Part shown: in pieces, positions 17,766 to 27,567 of the stretch
Position numbering within the stretch: position 1 is the first letter of the stretch
How the letters are laid out: each line of letters opens with the position of its first letter
NCBI GenBank assembly: GCA_943356745.1
Contig: CALRFT010000001.1
Coordinates: forward strand, 207,193 to 271,192
DNA from: Parcubacteria group bacterium
Lineage (GTDB): Bacteria; Patescibacteriota; Minisyncoccia; Phycocordibacterales; CSBR16-119
DNA: 64,000 bases
Direction of reading: 5' to 3'
The notes under the pieces: generated by a model
Told to the model about the DNA's origin: nothing
The model's input: the letters and a program-made list of their open reading frames with translations, nothing else
Databases searched by the model: none
Made by a program: the position numbers and the translations under genes

Positions 17766-19385
17766 ATGCAAAATATAATTACCAATATTAAAAATAACTG
17801 GAAATCAGGTCTTACAGTCGCCTTGGTTTCTATACCTTTATCACTTTCACTCTCTGTTGCATCAGGAGCAAGTCCAGCAGAAGGACTTATTACTGCTGTG
17901 TGGGCAGGACTTATTGCTGGGATTTTTGGAAGTAGTAACTACAACATTATTGGACCCGCTGGAGCACTTACTGGGGTTTTGGCGCTTTTTGCATTCCAAA
18001 ACGGACCAGAACTTCTCCCTTCCCTTGCAATCATAACTGGAATTTTTATCCTGATTGCATATTTTTTCAAAATTCAAAAATACATGGTTTTGATTCCTCG
18101 AAGTGTGATGGTTGGATTCAGTACTGGTGTTGCTATTTTAATCATCATTAGTCAACTTCGATCAGTTTTTGGTCTTCACAACCTCGAGTCAGCAGCAGAA
18201 CCACTTCATAATCTTGGAATCATTTTTGGAAATATTGCATCAAGCGACCTTGTCACATTTCTTCTTTTCTTTATTGGGGTTATGTCACTCTATCTTTTCA
18301 ATCGAATGATTCCAAAAATTCCACCGGCTATATTTCTTGCGCCAATTGGAATCTTTGTTGGGTTTTTGATTAGTAAAAATATCATACCGATCGAAACAAT
18401 GCTCTTGAATCAAAAATACAGTAATCTTGATTTTAGTTTATTTTCTTTTGTTTCAAACTTTACTGTTAACAAAGTAATTCTTGTCACTGGTGCATCTGTT
18501 GCTTTTATCGCAATTCTTGAAACTCTTATTTCAGCAAAGATTGCTGGAAACATGACGAAAACAAAATTTAACTCAGGAAAAGAATTCTTTGGACTTTCAC
18601 TTGCAAATATCGGTTCTGGACTTTTTGGTGGACTCCCAGCAACAGGAGTTTTCGTTCGAACAGGACTCAATGCAAAGTCAGGAGCGACACATAAAACATC
18701 TCAAACAATTCAAGCTATTGTAGTCGGAATCGTTTCCGCTGTTCTCTTTACAACCTTTACTTACATTCCTCTTGCGGTTATTGCTTCTATTCTTTTCTTT
18801 GCATCAATCCGAATGCTTGAGATTAAAGACATGAAAAAATATTGGAAATATTCAAAGAAAGATTTTGCGGTTGCTCTTCTTGTTGTTGTACTTATGATTG
18901 CAATTGACAGCGTGATTGGACTTCTTGCAGGAACAATTCTTGCCCTCTTATTCTTTGTTGAAAGTTTTTCAAAAGGACATTTTGATATTGCTCGAAATAG
19001 AGGAAATCAATTTATCGACAGACTTTATGAAGGTGACTTTGAAAAATTTAATGAACCTGTAGATGTTGTTGTGTATTCCTTTAAAGGTTCTCTTACTTAT
19101 GTAAACGGAGAAACACACAAAGACAGAATTCAAGAAAAAACAAATCTCTTTAACACTATCATTCTTCGAATGAGAGAGCTCGGACACATTGACCATGATG
19201 GGGTTGAGATTCTTCATGAGATCATCGAAGAACTAATCGCTCAAGGGAAAACAGTCTATATTTCTGGACTCAGTGAACAAATTCACTCAGAACTTACAAA
19301 ATTCAACAATGATGGACACATTACTGAATCGATGATTACAAAAAATACTACTTCAGCACTTCAAGAAATTGGATTTATTATATAA
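17766..19385 (+). CDS. SulP family inorganic anion transporter with C-terminal STAS domain
   Basis: Multi-TM N-terminal domain (SGLTVALVSIPLSLS...) plus C-terminal STAS-like region; start set at an internal Met (the ORF could begin at 17706). Confidence 0.8.
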   Translation: MQNIITNIKNNWKSGLTVALVSIPLSLSLSVASGASPAEGLITAVWAGLIAGIFGSSNYNIIGPAGALTGVLALFAFQNGPELLPSLAIITGIFILIAYFFKIQKYMVLIPRSVMVGFSTGVAILIIISQLRSVFGLHNLESAAEPLHNLGIIFGNIASSDLVTFLLFFIGVMSLYLFNRMIPKIPPAIFLAPIGIFVGFLISKNIIPIETMLLNQKYSNLDFSLFSFVSNFTVNKVILVTGASVAFIAILETLISAKIAGNMTKTKFNSGKEFFGLSLANIGSGLFGGLPATGVFVRTGLNAKSGATHKTSQTIQAIVVGIVSAVLFTTFTYIPLAVIASILFFASIRMLEIKDMKKYWKYSKKDFAVALLVVVLMIAIDSVIGLLAGTILALLFFVESFSKGHFDIARNRGNQFIDRLYEGDFEKFNEPVDVVVYSFKGSLTYVNGETHKDRIQEKTNLFNTIILRMRELGHIDHDGVEILHEIIEELIAQGKTVYISGLSEQIHSELTKFNNDGHITESMITKNTTSALQEIGFII

Positions 19386-19387
19386 AT

Positions 19388-19416
19388 AAAACTCCCGCCA
19401 CATGCGGGAGTTTTAT
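19388..19416 (+). terminator. Intrinsic terminator (CTCCCGC-caca-GCGGGAG + TTTT)
   Basis: 7-bp stem directly after the SulP stop. Confidence 0.65.
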
Positions 19417-19474
19417 CTTGAAAAAAGCTTTATTTTATAGTATATTTGGTCTTTACTTATAAAAAACCAAAAAC

Positions 19475-21535
19475 ATGACTGAGACAATTTCAATAGTATT
19501 TTCACTATTCTCATTATTACTTATCACAAACATTATTTTCCTTGTTGCAAAACGAGGTTTTTTAAAGCAAATTCCCTACTCTGCACTTTTAGTGATTCTT
19601 GGAATTATTCTCGGGTTTGGAATGAAACATATTCCAGGACTTAGTTTCCTGCAGTCGTTTGAGCTCACACCAGATCTTCTTTTTTATGTTTTCCTACCGA
19701 TTCTTATTTTTGAATCTGCATACAATTTTCAAATTAGAAAATTTTATGAAAACATAATATCAATATCTCTTCTTTCAATTCTTGGCCTTTTTATCTCAAC
19801 ACTCGCGATTGGTTTTGGACTTCAGTTTATTTTAGGACTTATTGGTATTCAAGCTCCTCTTATTTATTTCCTCTTATTTGGCTCACTCATCTCAGCAACA
19901 GATCCGATCGCTGCACTTTCTCTATTCAAAAGTTCAGGTGCACCGCATCGTCTCTCTCTTATTTTCGAAGGTGAAAGTTTGTTTAATGATGGAACAGCAG
20001 TTTCAGTTTTTGCAATCTTACTCCTTGTTCTCATTGAAGGAACGGGAGCAATTTCAATTACAGAAGGATTCTCTTTGTTTATCATTATGATATTAGGAGG
20101 AGTTTTAGCGGGAATTCTACTTGGAAAAATATTTTCTTTCATACTTCGTTTTTCATCAAAATATGAAACTGTCACACTTTCTCTTATGCTTGTAATGGCA
20201 CATCTTGTATTTCTTGGAAGCGAACTTTTCAATGAACACATGATGCATATTGGAAGTTTGGTAAAAATATCTCCAATCATCGCAACAACTATTGCCTCGC
20301 TCGAACTTGGAAACAACGGACGATATCATATTTCACCACGAGCGGAACATTTCATAGAAAAATATTGGGAACAAATCGCATTCATGGTTAACTCAATTAT
20401 TTTCCTCTTGGTTGGTATCATGACAATTTCTAATAATCTTTGGAGTACAGAGATTATTATCCCGTCACTAATTACTGTAGTAATTGTAACTCTCGCGCGA
20501 ATTGTTTCAGTCTTCCCAACTGTTGGGCTACTCAATATTCTGAGGATTGAATCGAAAATTTCTTTACCATGGACAAAGATGCTTGCTTGGGGTGGTCTTC
20601 GCGGCGCACTTGCACTTATCGTTGTTCTGACAATCCCAGATTCATTTACAATAGCAAATTGGAACTATGTCATTTCTCCAAAAGATTTTCTTGTTGTTCT
20701 CACTCTTGTCACAGTTGTGAGTTCACTGGTAATAAAATCAGCAACTATAAAATTCTTTATGAAGAAACTTGGAATCTTGAAACTATCAGCTTCTGATTCT
20801 GTACGAGTTGAAGAATCACTATCTTTCCTCGCAACACTCAAACTTGAAAAACTCGAAAAGAGTTTCTCAAAAGGATATGTTGATCAAGAAACATATGAAT
20901 TCTTAAAACAAGAACTTCGAGACTCTATAAACCAGGTTGAAAAAGGACAAGGAAAAGAAGTGTTTGAGTCAATGCTTCAATCATACGCGATTGGAATTGA
21001 GAGATATTTCCTTCAAGAAATATATGCCCGAGGAGAAGTAACAGAACGAGTATACAGAAGAATTCTTCTCAAGCTTGAAATACAACAAGAAAAAATGAAA
21101 CAGGAATTTCTATCAAATGGAAGTACAAGTTTGTCACGTGCCCTTGTCGCAGAAAGAATGGACAAGGTTCGAGGAAGACTTGCTCGAAATGCAAGCAAAA
21201 ACTTTTCTATTGAAGAAAAGTTTATGTACTACCGAGCCCTGGCAATCATTGCACGAAAAGCAATTAAAGAAATATCGAGTAAGCAATTTGCTTGTGGAGA
21301 TGAAACTGTTATTAAAAAAGTTCTTGAAAAATACGAAGAACATAAAAAAGAAAATAATATCTATGCAGAAAATCTCAAAAGAGACCACAGAGATATTGTT
21401 CTTAAAATATCGACATCGCTCGCAAGAAAACAACTATATGATTTTGGGATTGGGATTCTAGAAAGACTTAAAAAAACTGATTTTATTTCCCCAAGAGTAC
21501 ATGCTATTTTGAATAATAAGATACAGGAAAAATAA
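19475..21535 (+). CDS. Na+/H+ (cation:proton) antiporter, CPA1/NhaP-type, with long cytoplasmic C-terminal domain
   Basis: 686 aa; ~400-aa multi-TM Na_H_Exchanger-like domain followed by a charged soluble domain. Confidence 0.8.
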   Translation: MTETISIVFSLFSLLLITNIIFLVAKRGFLKQIPYSALLVILGIILGFGMKHIPGLSFLQSFELTPDLLFYVFLPILIFESAYNFQIRKFYENIISISLLSILGLFISTLAIGFGLQFILGLIGIQAPLIYFLLFGSLISATDPIAALSLFKSSGAPHRLSLIFEGESLFNDGTAVSVFAILLLVLIEGTGAISITEGFSLFIIMILGGVLAGILLGKIFSFILRFSSKYETVTLSLMLVMAHLVFLGSELFNEHMMHIGSLVKISPIIATTIASLELGNNGRYHISPRAEHFIEKYWEQIAFMVNSIIFLLVGIMTISNNLWSTEIIIPSLITVVIVTLARIVSVFPTVGLLNILRIESKISLPWTKMLAWGGLRGALALIVVLTIPDSFTIANWNYVISPKDFLVVLTLVTVVSSLVIKSATIKFFMKKLGILKLSASDSVRVEESLSFLATLKLEKLEKSFSKGYVDQETYEFLKQELRDSINQVEKGQGKEVFESMLQSYAIGIERYFLQEIYARGEVTERVYRRILLKLEIQQEKMKQEFLSNGSTSLSRALVAERMDKVRGRLARNASKNFSIEEKFMYYRALAIIARKAIKEISSKQFACGDETVIKKVLEKYEEHKKENNIYAENLKRDHRDIVLKISTSLARKQLYDFGIGILERLKKTDFISPRVHAILNNKIQEK

Positions 21536-21560
21536 AAAACCCGCATATGCGGGTTTTTTA
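21533..21560. terminator. Bidirectional terminator (AACCCGC-atat-GCGGGTT + T6)
   Basis: 7-bp stem with flanking A6 and T6; lies between convergent NhaP and the sigma-fusion gene. Confidence 0.75.
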
Positions 21561-21563
21561 TTT

Positions 21564-23153
21564 TTAATCTTCATTATCATCGTCATCTTTTCCTTTTCCA
21601 GAATTATCATTATCGTCTTGATCATCCTCTTCGTCTTCATTATCATCTTCTTCATCGTCATCGTTGTTATCGTCGTCAGAATCATTACTGTCATTGTTAT
21701 CAGAATCATCATCTGAATCATTACTGTCATCATCTGAGTCGTCGTTTCCATTTACATCACAATCTTCAGCGTCTCGCCATTCACCTCGACAAAAAACTTC
21801 ATCATCATTTTCTCGAATATCATTTCCATGGTTTTGATCTGAATTGTCATCATCCTCGTCATCATAATTATCGTCAAAATCATCATTATCATCTGAATTA
21901 TCGTCATTTGAATTGTTATTTGATTTTGAACCTTCTGTCTTTATTTCGATTTCACCATCCTCCACTTCAATCTTTACCCCATCTTCAGTTCTCATTTCAA
22001 TTTCAAGATTTGGATTAATAGCAAAAATTGCCATAATTGAACTCAATGTTGTGGTAAGTCTATCTTTTTCTTCTTGGCTTAAATTTGAACTTTCAACAAA
22101 ACTTGTTACATCAGAAAGAGAGCCTTCAAATTCTTGTTTTTGTCTCTCTGACTTAAACCCTATAGGAGTTACACTATTAAGGAATCTTTTATCATCTGGT
22201 CGAGAAATTCTATTTTCATTTTCAAACGAAAAATTCATATTTATCTGATCAAGAGATAGTTTATACCTTTCTTGAATTTCAGAGATAATTTGATCTTTAT
22301 CTTGAGATGCTGTTATAAAACCATATTTTTTGTCATCAGCTTCGATTGAAATTGTAGATTCATTAGTAAACACATCAATTTCAACTTCAACAATTTTTGC
22401 TGAACTTAGATCTATAGAAATAGTTTGGCTATTTTTAGCAATAACTTCTCCAACCTCTGCAAGTCTTTCTTCTGCAAATCGAACCTTTAATTCACTTTTC
22501 TTTTCTTCATCACCAACTAGTTTAATTTGAATATTCTCTACGACTTGTTCAACTGGATATAAAATATCTCCTGGAATCGCATCATTTGAAGCGACCACAA
22601 CTCCCCCTCCTCCTAAAATAACCACAAGTGCTAACAATGTTGCTATCATATGTTTTTTTGAAAAAAATAATACTAATAAATTTTTTGGTGCATCTTTTTG
22701 TTTTGAAATAATAGAAAGCCAAACAGAATTTTTTTCTGCCTCTGTCATAGATTGAACCTCTACGGGCTGAATGACTAGTTTTTCTTTATCCTTCAAACGA
22801 CCCAATGTTTGAAGTAAAAATCTATAGTCTTCTTTTGGTTCTTCCTCTGAAGGAATATCATATATTTCCTCGAGAGGAACCGTTTGTATTTTTCTCAATC
22901 TTCTTTTAAAAATTCTTCTCCTTACAACAGTCCAAAGATAACTCATAAAGTGTTCATCACTTATATAGACAAACTTTGGAAGTGATGAAAATAATGAAAG
23001 GTAAATTTCTTGAACAATTTCTTTTGCATCATCACGATTTTGAACTCGAACCAAGACATAGGAAAAAATACGATCGACTGTTCTATCGTATAATTCCCTA
23101 AATAAGGTTTCGTCATGACGCACACCTTCAAGTAATTCTTTCCATGTATTCAT
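21564..23153 (-). CDS. ECF-like sigma-70 region-2 domain fused to a TM helix, an extracytoplasmic domain and a ~120-aa poly-Asp/Asn/Glu acidic tail
   Basis: N-terminus FRELYDRTVDRIFSYVLVRVQNRDDAKEIVQEIYLSLFSSLPKF resembles sigma-70 region 2; TM MIATLLALVVILGGGGVVVAS; the tail is almost entirely D/N/E/S; AGGAAG SD 5 nt before ATG. Confidence 0.6.
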   Translation of the reverse strand: MNTWKELLEGVRHDETLFRELYDRTVDRIFSYVLVRVQNRDDAKEIVQEIYLSLFSSLPKFVYISDEHFMSYLWTVVRRRIFKRRLRKIQTVPLEEIYDIPSEEEPKEDYRFLLQTLGRLKDKEKLVIQPVEVQSMTEAEKNSVWLSIISKQKDAPKNLLVLFFSKKHMIATLLALVVILGGGGVVVASNDAIPGDILYPVEQVVENIQIKLVGDEEKKSELKVRFAEERLAEVGEVIAKNSQTISIDLSSAKIVEVEIDVFTNESTISIEADDKKYGFITASQDKDQIISEIQERYKLSLDQINMNFSFENENRISRPDDKRFLNSVTPIGFKSERQKQEFEGSLSDVTSFVESSNLSQEEKDRLTTTLSSIMAIFAINPNLEIEMRTEDGVKIEVEDGEIEIKTEGSKSNNNSNDDNSDDNDDFDDNYDDEDDDNSDQNHGNDIRENDDEVFCRGEWRDAEDCDVNGNDDSDDDSNDSDDDSDNNDSNDSDDDNNDDDEEDDNEDEEDDQDDNDNSGKGKDDDDNED

Positions 23154-23344
23154 ATCTTCCTACTTATTATATACCTTGATAACACAAAAAGGTTACAAGT
23201 TGCAACATATCCACACTTCACAAAATATAAACTTGATATAATAATTGTGCGTAAGCACCTAACAAACACTATTCATGTTCTTTGTATAGGACTTGTTCGC
23301 AAGGTCGAATTTTATATAAAATTCAGTCTATACATTTATATTTA

Positions 23345-23410
23345 TGGCAGCAAAAAAGAAAGCAGCTAAAAAAGTTGCAAAGAAGAAAGTTGCAAAGAAA
23401 AAGAAATAGT
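23345..23410 (+). CDS. Micro-ORF encoding a 21-aa Lys/Ala-rich peptide MAAKKKAAKKVAKKKVAKKKK
   Basis: ATG...TAG read directly; AT-rich promoter-like upstream; terminator 12 nt downstream at 23422-23448. Confidence 0.35.
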
Positions 23411-23421
23411 TTTTCTTAATT

Positions 23422-23448
23422 TAAAAACCTCCATATGGAGGTTTTTAA
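23422..23448. terminator. Bidirectional terminator (ACCTCC-atat-GGAGGT + T5)
   Basis: 6-bp stem with A5 and T5 flanks. Confidence 0.65.
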
Positions 23449-23449
23449 A

Positions 23450-23713
23450 TTATATAAAAAATCTAATAAGAGCAATCAGAGCAATAACACCAAAGACTAT
23501 TTCAAGCAAAAGGTTTGAATAGTTTCTATCGGCAAATACTCGAATACCGAGAAGTATTGCAGCAAGTAAATTTGCAAATGGGTACCAAAAACCTGTTGAT
23601 GGAATAATACCAAATGAATTAAAAGCATATGCTGTCATGAGAACCACTGTTCCTACCCAACCTATTGTTTGTATAAGAATTGAATGTTTTTGCATAGTAT
23701 TATATTTGTCCAC
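23450..23713 (-). CDS. Small membrane protein, hypothetical
   Basis: 87 aa with three hydrophobic helices; overlaps the htpX start by 14 nt. Confidence 0.4.
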   Translation of the reverse strand: MDKYNTMQKHSILIQTIGWVGTVVLMTAYAFNSFGIIPSTGFWYPFANLLAAILLGIRVFADRNYSNLLLEIVFGVIALIALIRFFI

Positions 23714-24635
23714 TTAATAAAGCCTTTACCCTCTCTTCTGTCGGTGGATGGGTACTCCACATTTTATTCCATCCTGCTTTTGCTTTTGCGCCAAATGGAT
23801 TTGCAATGTAAAGATGTGCCATTGCATGATTTGCTCGACGCATTTCACCTCCACGAGTTTTTGCATAGCCTTCAATTTTTTGAAGTGCTCCCGCAAGCCC
23901 TTCTGGATACCGAGTCATGAGCGCACCACCAGCGTCCGCCATAAATTCTCGTTTTCTTGAAATTGCAAAATGAATAAGCTGAGCAATAATCGGTGAGAGA
24001 ATTACAAATACAATTCCAACAATTGCAAGAATTCCACCGAGTTTGTTATCTCTATCATCTCTTCCACCTCCAAACAAAGAAGCTCGAAGAAACATATCTG
24101 AAATAATCGCAACAAATCCAACCAAAACCACAACCATTGTTGAAAGGAGCATGTCTTTGTGTTTAATGTGCGCAAGCTCATGAGCCAAGACACCTTCAAG
24201 TTCACTTTTTTCAAGAAGTGAAATAAGTCCAGTTGTCACAGCAACAAGTGCATGTTTTTCATTTCGTCCAGTTGCAAAAGCATTTGGCACACTGTCCTGT
24301 ATTATATAAAGTTTTGGTTTTTGCATTCCCTGTCCAATCGCAAGGTTTTCAAGCATGTTAGAGATTTCTCGATATTCCGAACCAGCTTCCTTTGCCCCTG
24401 ACATTGAAACTACAATTTTGTGAGAAAACCAATACGATCCAACGTTCATGACAACAGCAAAAAAGACAGCGAAATAGAGAATCGAGATATCACCAAAATA
24501 CTGTGAAAGGAACCAACCAAGTCCAATCACCACAAGCGCAAAAATGAGCACTAAGGCCCAGGTTTTTCGAATATTACTTCCTCTTTGTTGATATAGTGTT
24601 TTCATAGCTAGGGATAGTATAAAGGAAAAATACAA
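23700..24635 (-). CDS. htpX: M48-family zinc metalloprotease HtpX
   Basis: 311 aa; HELAHIKHKD HExxH motif; N-terminal TM helices; TATACTAT 8 nt upstream of ATG. Confidence 0.85.
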   Translation of the reverse strand: MYFSFILSLAMKTLYQQRGSNIRKTWALVLIFALVVIGLGWFLSQYFGDISILYFAVFFAVVMNVGSYWFSHKIVVSMSGAKEAGSEYREISNMLENLAIGQGMQKPKLYIIQDSVPNAFATGRNEKHALVAVTTGLISLLEKSELEGVLAHELAHIKHKDMLLSTMVVVLVGFVAIISDMFLRASLFGGGRDDRDNKLGGILAIVGIVFVILSPIIAQLIHFAISRKREFMADAGGALMTRYPEGLAGALQKIEGYAKTRGGEMRRANHAMAHLYIANPFGAKAKAGWNKMWSTHPPTEERVKALLSGQI

Positions 24636-24639
24636 AAGA

Positions 24640-24672
24640 AAAAAGCCCCGCCGAAGGCGGGGCTTTTTTTAT
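24640..24672. terminator. Bidirectional terminator (GCCCCGCC-gaag-GGCGGGGC + T7) downstream of lemA
   Basis: 8-bp GC stem with A and T runs. Confidence 0.8.
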
Positions 24673-25223
24673 TTCGCAAAATCAACTTTCACATTTTCTC
24701 TTTCCGGATTTCCTTCTGCGAGTTCGAAAAAGTCAGCTTTTGCAACTTTTGCAAGTTTTGCAATAAAATTACTTGGAATTGTTTCAATCTTAATATTCAA
24801 AGCTTTTACATTTCCATTATAGAATCGTCTTGCTGACTGAATTTTATTTTCTGTATCCGCAAGTTCTTTTTGAAGTTCCAAAAAGTTTGTATTTGCTTTT
24901 AGATCTGGATAATTTTCTGCAACCGCAAACAAAGATTTAAGCGCTCCTGTTAACATATTATCTGCATTACTGTGCTCTGCTACAGATCCAGCCTGCATCG
25001 CTTGTGAACGTGCCTCGGTTACCTTTGTAAACACTCCTTCTTCATGAGAAGCATATCCTTTAACAGTATTGATAAGATTTGGAATCAAATCGTATCGACG
25101 CTTAAGCTGTACATCGATATCTGCCCAGGCTTCATCTTTTTGTGTTCGAAGTCGTACAAATGAGTTATATGTTCCAATAGCCCAAAGTGCCACAACTCCA
25201 AGAATTATAATTACAATTAACAT
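24669..25223 (-). CDS. lemA: LemA family protein
   Basis: 184 aa; N-terminal TM plus GTYNSFVRLRTQKDEAWADIDVQLKRRYDLIPNL typical of LemA. Confidence 0.8.
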   Translation of the reverse strand: MLIVIIILGVVALWAIGTYNSFVRLRTQKDEAWADIDVQLKRRYDLIPNLINTVKGYASHEEGVFTKVTEARSQAMQAGSVAEHSNADNMLTGALKSLFAVAENYPDLKANTNFLELQKELADTENKIQSARRFYNGNVKALNIKIETIPSNFIAKLAKVAKADFFELAEGNPERENVKVDFAK

Positions 25224-25302
25224 AAGTTATTTTTATAAACTAATAATGGTTACAACTACTAAACTTGTTGAAATAACGAGAATAGTAAATTTTTTTATAA
25301 GG

Positions 25303-26193
25303 TTATTTATTTTTTTGCCATTCATACATTTGAACGAGTAAAGGACTTGCTAGAAAGATTGACGAATATGTTCCAAAAAACATTCCAAAAGTAAGTGTCA
25401 GAGCGAACATTTTTGTTGATTCTGGACCAAAAAATGCCAAGGCAAGAAGTACAACAATCGTAGAAAGTGAGGTATTGAGTGAACGAGCATATGATTGCTT
25501 AAGACTTTCCCCCACCACCAAACGAAATGGTTTTATCTGATCAACATTTCTTTGAATATTTTCTCTTATTCTATCAAAAATAACAATAGTATCGTTTACA
25601 GAAAGCCCAAGAATTGTTAGAAGTGCAACAATGAAAAGCATGTCTACTTCAGCTCCTGTAGTAATGCCAAGAATCGCAAATACTCCGGCCGTAAGCACAA
25701 CATCATGAACAAGTGTAATAATTGCCACAAAACCATATTTCCAAGATGAAACTGGTTTTGAAACCTTTCTGAATGTGTATGCAATGAAAAGAATAATCGC
25801 GATTGAAACTATGATCAGTGAATAAATCGCCTTTGTCTTAAGTTCGTGACCAATTGAAGGTCCGATTGAAGTAAACGAAATTTCTTCCATATCTCCATTC
25901 ACATTAAGAGCCTGCAGTAATTCTTGTTTTTCTGTTTCTTGAATATCTTTTGTCTTAACAATCAAAGTGGACTCTCCAGCAGGCTGAATAACAGCACTAA
26001 ATCCTGCATTTTGTATTGAATTTTCAATTTCTGAAATCTCTGGTCTTTGGTTCGAGTACGAAACCTCTAACATAGAACCTCCGGTAAATTCAATACTCGG
26101 TTTGAGTCCGTAGGTAAATATCAAAACGATAGATACTATTACTAAAGAAAGCGATGATAGGAGAAATATTTTTTTATTTTGTATTGCGAACAT
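25303..26193 (-). CDS. secF: Protein translocase subunit SecF
   Basis: 296 aa; 6-TM SecD/SecF-family C-terminal domain; adjacent to secD. Confidence 0.85.
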   Translation of the reverse strand: MFAIQNKKIFLLSSLSLVIVSIVLIFTYGLKPSIEFTGGSMLEVSYSNQRPEISEIENSIQNAGFSAVIQPAGESTLIVKTKDIQETEKQELLQALNVNGDMEEISFTSIGPSIGHELKTKAIYSLIIVSIAIILFIAYTFRKVSKPVSSWKYGFVAIITLVHDVVLTAGVFAILGITTGAEVDMLFIVALLTILGLSVNDTIVIFDRIRENIQRNVDQIKPFRLVVGESLKQSYARSLNTSLSTIVVLLALAFFGPESTKMFALTLTFGMFFGTYSSIFLASPLLVQMYEWQKNK

Positions 26194-26196
26194 ATA

Positions 26197-27546
26197 TTAT
26201 CGAGAAAATCCATTACCAAATAAAAATCTGAGGCGTTTAGTATCTTTTGTACCAGCAATCGCAAGCATAAAGATTCTTGTTACTGTAATTGCGGTAATCA
26301 TTGAGATAATAATTCCCAAACCAAATGTAATTGCAAATCCTTTGATAAGGTTTGAACCGAACCAAAACAATATAACCGCAGTAATCAAACCTGAAAGATT
26401 TGAATCTCGAATTGAAAGCCAGGCTCTATCAAACCCTTCTTGTATTGCTTCTTTTAAAGTTTTTCCATTTCTCAACTCCTCTTTTAATCTTTCTGAAATC
26501 AGCACATTCGCATCAACAGCAACCCCAAGAGAAATGATAAACCCAGCAATTCCTGCAGCGGTAAGTGTGATTGGAATTATTTTCATAAAGGCAAACATAA
26601 TAACTCCATATACCAAAAGTGCAAATATTGCGATAAATCCTGGAAGTCTGTACCACACAAGAAAAAATAAAGCGAGCACAAGTAATCCAATTAATCCAGC
26701 TTGAATTCCTGCTTGAATAGCAGAAGCACCAAGCGATGCACCAATGGTTTGAGTTCCGATCTCCTCAATTGGAACTGGAAGTGCCCCAAAGGTTAGCTGA
26801 CGAGCAAGTTCTTTTGCTTGTTCAGGAGTAAAGTCTCCAGAAATAACAGCTTCCCCTCCAGTAATTTCTTCTCTGATAATTGGATTTGAAATTGGAACTC
26901 CGTCAAGGAAAATCGCAAGTTCTCTTCCAATATTTTCTCGAGTTATTTTACTAAACAAAGCTTCGCCTTCCTCATTAAATTGAAGGGTTACTATTGATTG
27001 ATTTGCTGGAGTATATCCACCCTGAGCGCCCGTTGGAACAAATTGAAGAGATGCAGATTCAAGATATCGACCAGTAAGTTCTGTTGGGACGTAGATATCG
27101 TCAAAGTTAACAGTTTCTGGATTAAGTGAAGATAAATCAATATCATCTCTTAAAAGCTTAAACTCAAGAATAGGAGTTTCGCCAATTTGTTTTTTTGCTT
27201 CTACAACATTTGTAACCCCAGGAAGTTCAATCAAAATTCTATATTCTCCCTGATTCGCAAAGTTCGCTTCTTGAATTTGAACATTTGTTTCCTCTTGCCC
27301 AAGTGGGTTGATTCGACGCTCAATGACTGTTTTTAAGGTCTCCATAGCATCTTCAACCTCAGATTCATCAAGCTCTGAAATATCGGCTCGATATGTGATT
27401 TGAGTACCCCCTGCAAGATCAAGACCAAGCGAAAAAGGATATTTTACCTTTTCTGCACCAGAAAGACCTGGTTCGTTTTTATAGACAAAAAAACCTATTA
27501 AAAAGGTCACTAAAAGGATAAAAATAGCTAATATTCTTGTTTTCAT
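26197..27546 (-). CDS. secD: Protein translocase subunit SecD
   Basis: 449 aa; periplasmic domain followed by a 6-TM SecD/F domain. Confidence 0.85.
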   Translation of the reverse strand: MKTRILAIFILLVTFLIGFFVYKNEPGLSGAEKVKYPFSLGLDLAGGTQITYRADISELDESEVEDAMETLKTVIERRINPLGQEETNVQIQEANFANQGEYRILIELPGVTNVVEAKKQIGETPILEFKLLRDDIDLSSLNPETVNFDDIYVPTELTGRYLESASLQFVPTGAQGGYTPANQSIVTLQFNEEGEALFSKITRENIGRELAIFLDGVPISNPIIREEITGGEAVISGDFTPEQAKELARQLTFGALPVPIEEIGTQTIGASLGASAIQAGIQAGLIGLLVLALFFLVWYRLPGFIAIFALLVYGVIMFAFMKIIPITLTAAGIAGFIISLGVAVDANVLISERLKEELRNGKTLKEAIQEGFDRAWLSIRDSNLSGLITAVILFWFGSNLIKGFAITFGLGIIISMITAITVTRIFMLAIAGTKDTKRLRFLFGNGFSR

Positions 27547-27567
27547 GCGTCTATTGTACTTCTTTCG

